From assembly GCA_004022145.1 (NCBI GenBank), contig RCNU01000014.1: 64,000 bases of DNA. The stretch is one strand, 5' to 3'. Shown here piece after piece: positions 62,075-64,000 of the stretch. A program made the position numbers and the translations under genes. Numbering within the stretch: the first letter of the stretch is position 1; every line of letters starts with the position of its first letter. Origin of the DNA: Paecilomyces variotii. Taxonomy: Eukaryota. The notes beneath the pieces are model-generated. The model was given only the letters and a program-made list of their open reading frames with translations, ran no database searches and was not told the origin of the DNA.

Positions 62075-64000
62075 TCACGGCTCATGGCCATGATGCCCAG
62101 ACTCGGATAATGCATAGTATCGCTGCGGCCCCTCGGCGGGGAGAGCCCATCGTCGCCAGTGCCACCACGGCCGTCCATCACTGCCATCGCGCGCCTTGCG
62201 CTCCATCTCCTCCAGCGACTCCTCCGATCCATCCCGCAGCCGCGTCAATCGATGCCGTCGATGAAACCGCCGGAGAAACACAAAGGCCACTCCCAGCCCG
62301 ACGACAACGCCCAGAGAAAGCAAGACCCAAGAGTCCGCCAGAGAGGCCAAGACCTCGCCGCTGTCTTGGCCCTCCTTGTCGTCGCTGCTGGAGCTGGATC
62401 CTTGTCTCCAATCTGAATCAACCTGCTCCTCTGCCTCCCCCGGATCTCCTCCGCTCACCGTTTCCCCAGACTCCTCCGGACTCGAGGGCGAAACAGACCC
62501 CTCGGGTTCAGCCTCCAGCGGACTGATCGGGGGCGGAATGATAGCCCCCGCCCCTTCCTCTCCAGGGTATCCAAAGGCGGCCGCATTGTCGCACGCCGTG
62601 TCGGCGCAGTAGCTGCTCAGTTCGGGCGACGGAACGAAGGTGTACTTCGTGCCAGATCGTCGCAACACCTTGCCCTCTGCGTCGAGCGCCTCCACATAGC
62701 ACCATCGATGATAGTCGGGATGAGCATAGGACGTTTCAAATCCGTTCTTGTCGACCATGGCCAGCACCTGGAACGGTCCCTCCTGCAGGTCCGATCCGTA
62801 GAACTTCCAGGTCTTGACGCGGGTCGCACCATTCCAGCTCACATAAAAGCTGGTCTGGTTGTTCCCGGGAGTCGCTTTCGAGTAAGCCCACAGCGCCGGT
62901 TCATCGGTGGGGTCTGCATCCCACTGGTACTTCAATGCACGATAATTCATCGTCCATTCCTTGGCGATATAGCCCCAGAGAAGGAGCTCGCCATTCTCAC
63001 TGTGTTCCGACACAAACGGATTGTTACCCCAGCCCTGGAACACGTTCTTATTGGGCAGCACCTGCGTGTTACCCTGGCTGGAACTAATCATCTGGTTACC
63101 TGGCGGTCCATACTCCCGGATCAGAGTAGCCGTCTTTTCCACATGGTCAATGGCAATGATCATGCCGGACGAATAATCGTTCGTCTGGTTGAAGCCGTTG
63201 TACCCGTTGTTGTAGAGGGACAACACGGTATGCGTCGAATTCTCCTCGAGCCAGCGCGCATCATGTTGCTGCGAGAAGTCGAAGTTGACGCTCTTGAAGG
63301 ACGGATTGGCGCCGTGCAACCGCCAGATCACCTTGCCGTCCTTTCCAGAGATCTTATAGATGCATGACGTGTGACGCGAGGAGATCAGGTAATCCCCATC
63401 CTCGTTCTTGTCGATCGAGTTGATATGGAAATAATCCCAGGGCGAGTGCGGCTCCAATCCCGTCCCTGACGTGTCCGTCGCGGCTGGATAGGTATAACTC
63501 CAGGTCGGGTCAACATGGTCCAGTGACCTCCACTCGAAAATCACCTCGCTCGTTTCGACGTCCACTTCCTGGAAAATGCTTTCCATGATCCATCCTACGC
63601 CAGTTCGGATGTTCCACGCGCTCATGTCCCATTGACGCTGCTGGTAGATCGTCATCAGCGCCGTCTTTCCGTTGTTGATCACTTTGAACTCGTGCATGTC
63701 ACTCGACGACATGCCGCCGCCTGCCTGCACGGATCGCACGATCCGGTACCGGTTATCCATGATGATGCCATGTCCTCTGCAATAGCCCTTCTGCTGGTTT
63801 CCCTGGAAGAAACATAGGTGATCGCTGCCTTTGTACTTGCACACGTGCATTCCATGGGCATTTCCCGGTCCGGACGAACCCCAGCCGCTCCATACTAGGT
63901 TCTACGTCATGAAGTCAGTATATTCAAACATCGACCAGTATTCAACGATGGGAGTCTCGTACACCCTGGTTGTCGTAGATATACGGGCCGGGGTTATCTG
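62075..64000 (-). CDS. Arylsulfotransferase (ASST)-like beta-propeller protein with C-terminal TM helix, 5' end beyond the window
   Basis: GPYIYDN|NLVWSG, DMHEF, FEWRSLDHV, WDYFHINSIDK, YLISSRHT, QQHDAR, SSSQGNTQVLPNKNVFQGWG, YVSWNGAT. Intron near 63903-63962. Confidence 0.88.

Overview
Eukaryotic, intron-containing DNA from a filamentous ascomycete. Eurotiales is inferred from the histone H3 sequence, intron style and gene set, and the genome shows clear repeat-induced point mutation (RIP). From about 17.5 kb to the end the window is a dense block of housekeeping genes: DHA1 MFS transporter, Mpv17/PMP22 protein, exonuclease V, DUF3445/HRQ protein, ALG9, NAF1, PRP3, RNA polymerase I largest subunit, XPD/RAD3, listerin, PPM1, SUN/Adg3-like glucanase, a small membrane protein, IST1, a second MFS transporter and a partial arylsulfotransferase-like gene. 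The first 17 kb holds a kelch-repeat gene, a dispersed 5S rRNA gene and the divergent histone H4/H3 pair, surrounded by decayed accessory DNA. That DNA includes a PD-(D/E)XK-type nuclease pseudogene and a complete 5.3-kb Ty1/copia retrotransposon (128-bp LTRs, GGTAT target duplication) whose gag-pol motifs all still sit in one frame under heavy RIP. It also includes a trypsin-like serine protease relic whose catalytic GDSGS motif is split by a 134-bp solo LTR of a second family. Candidate cis-regulatory signals are a GATC/GCGGGTG-rich histone bidirectional promoter and a motif pair shared by the NAF1 and RPA1 promoters. I found no intact novel multi-gene system. All family calls come from motif recognition by eye, not database searches.
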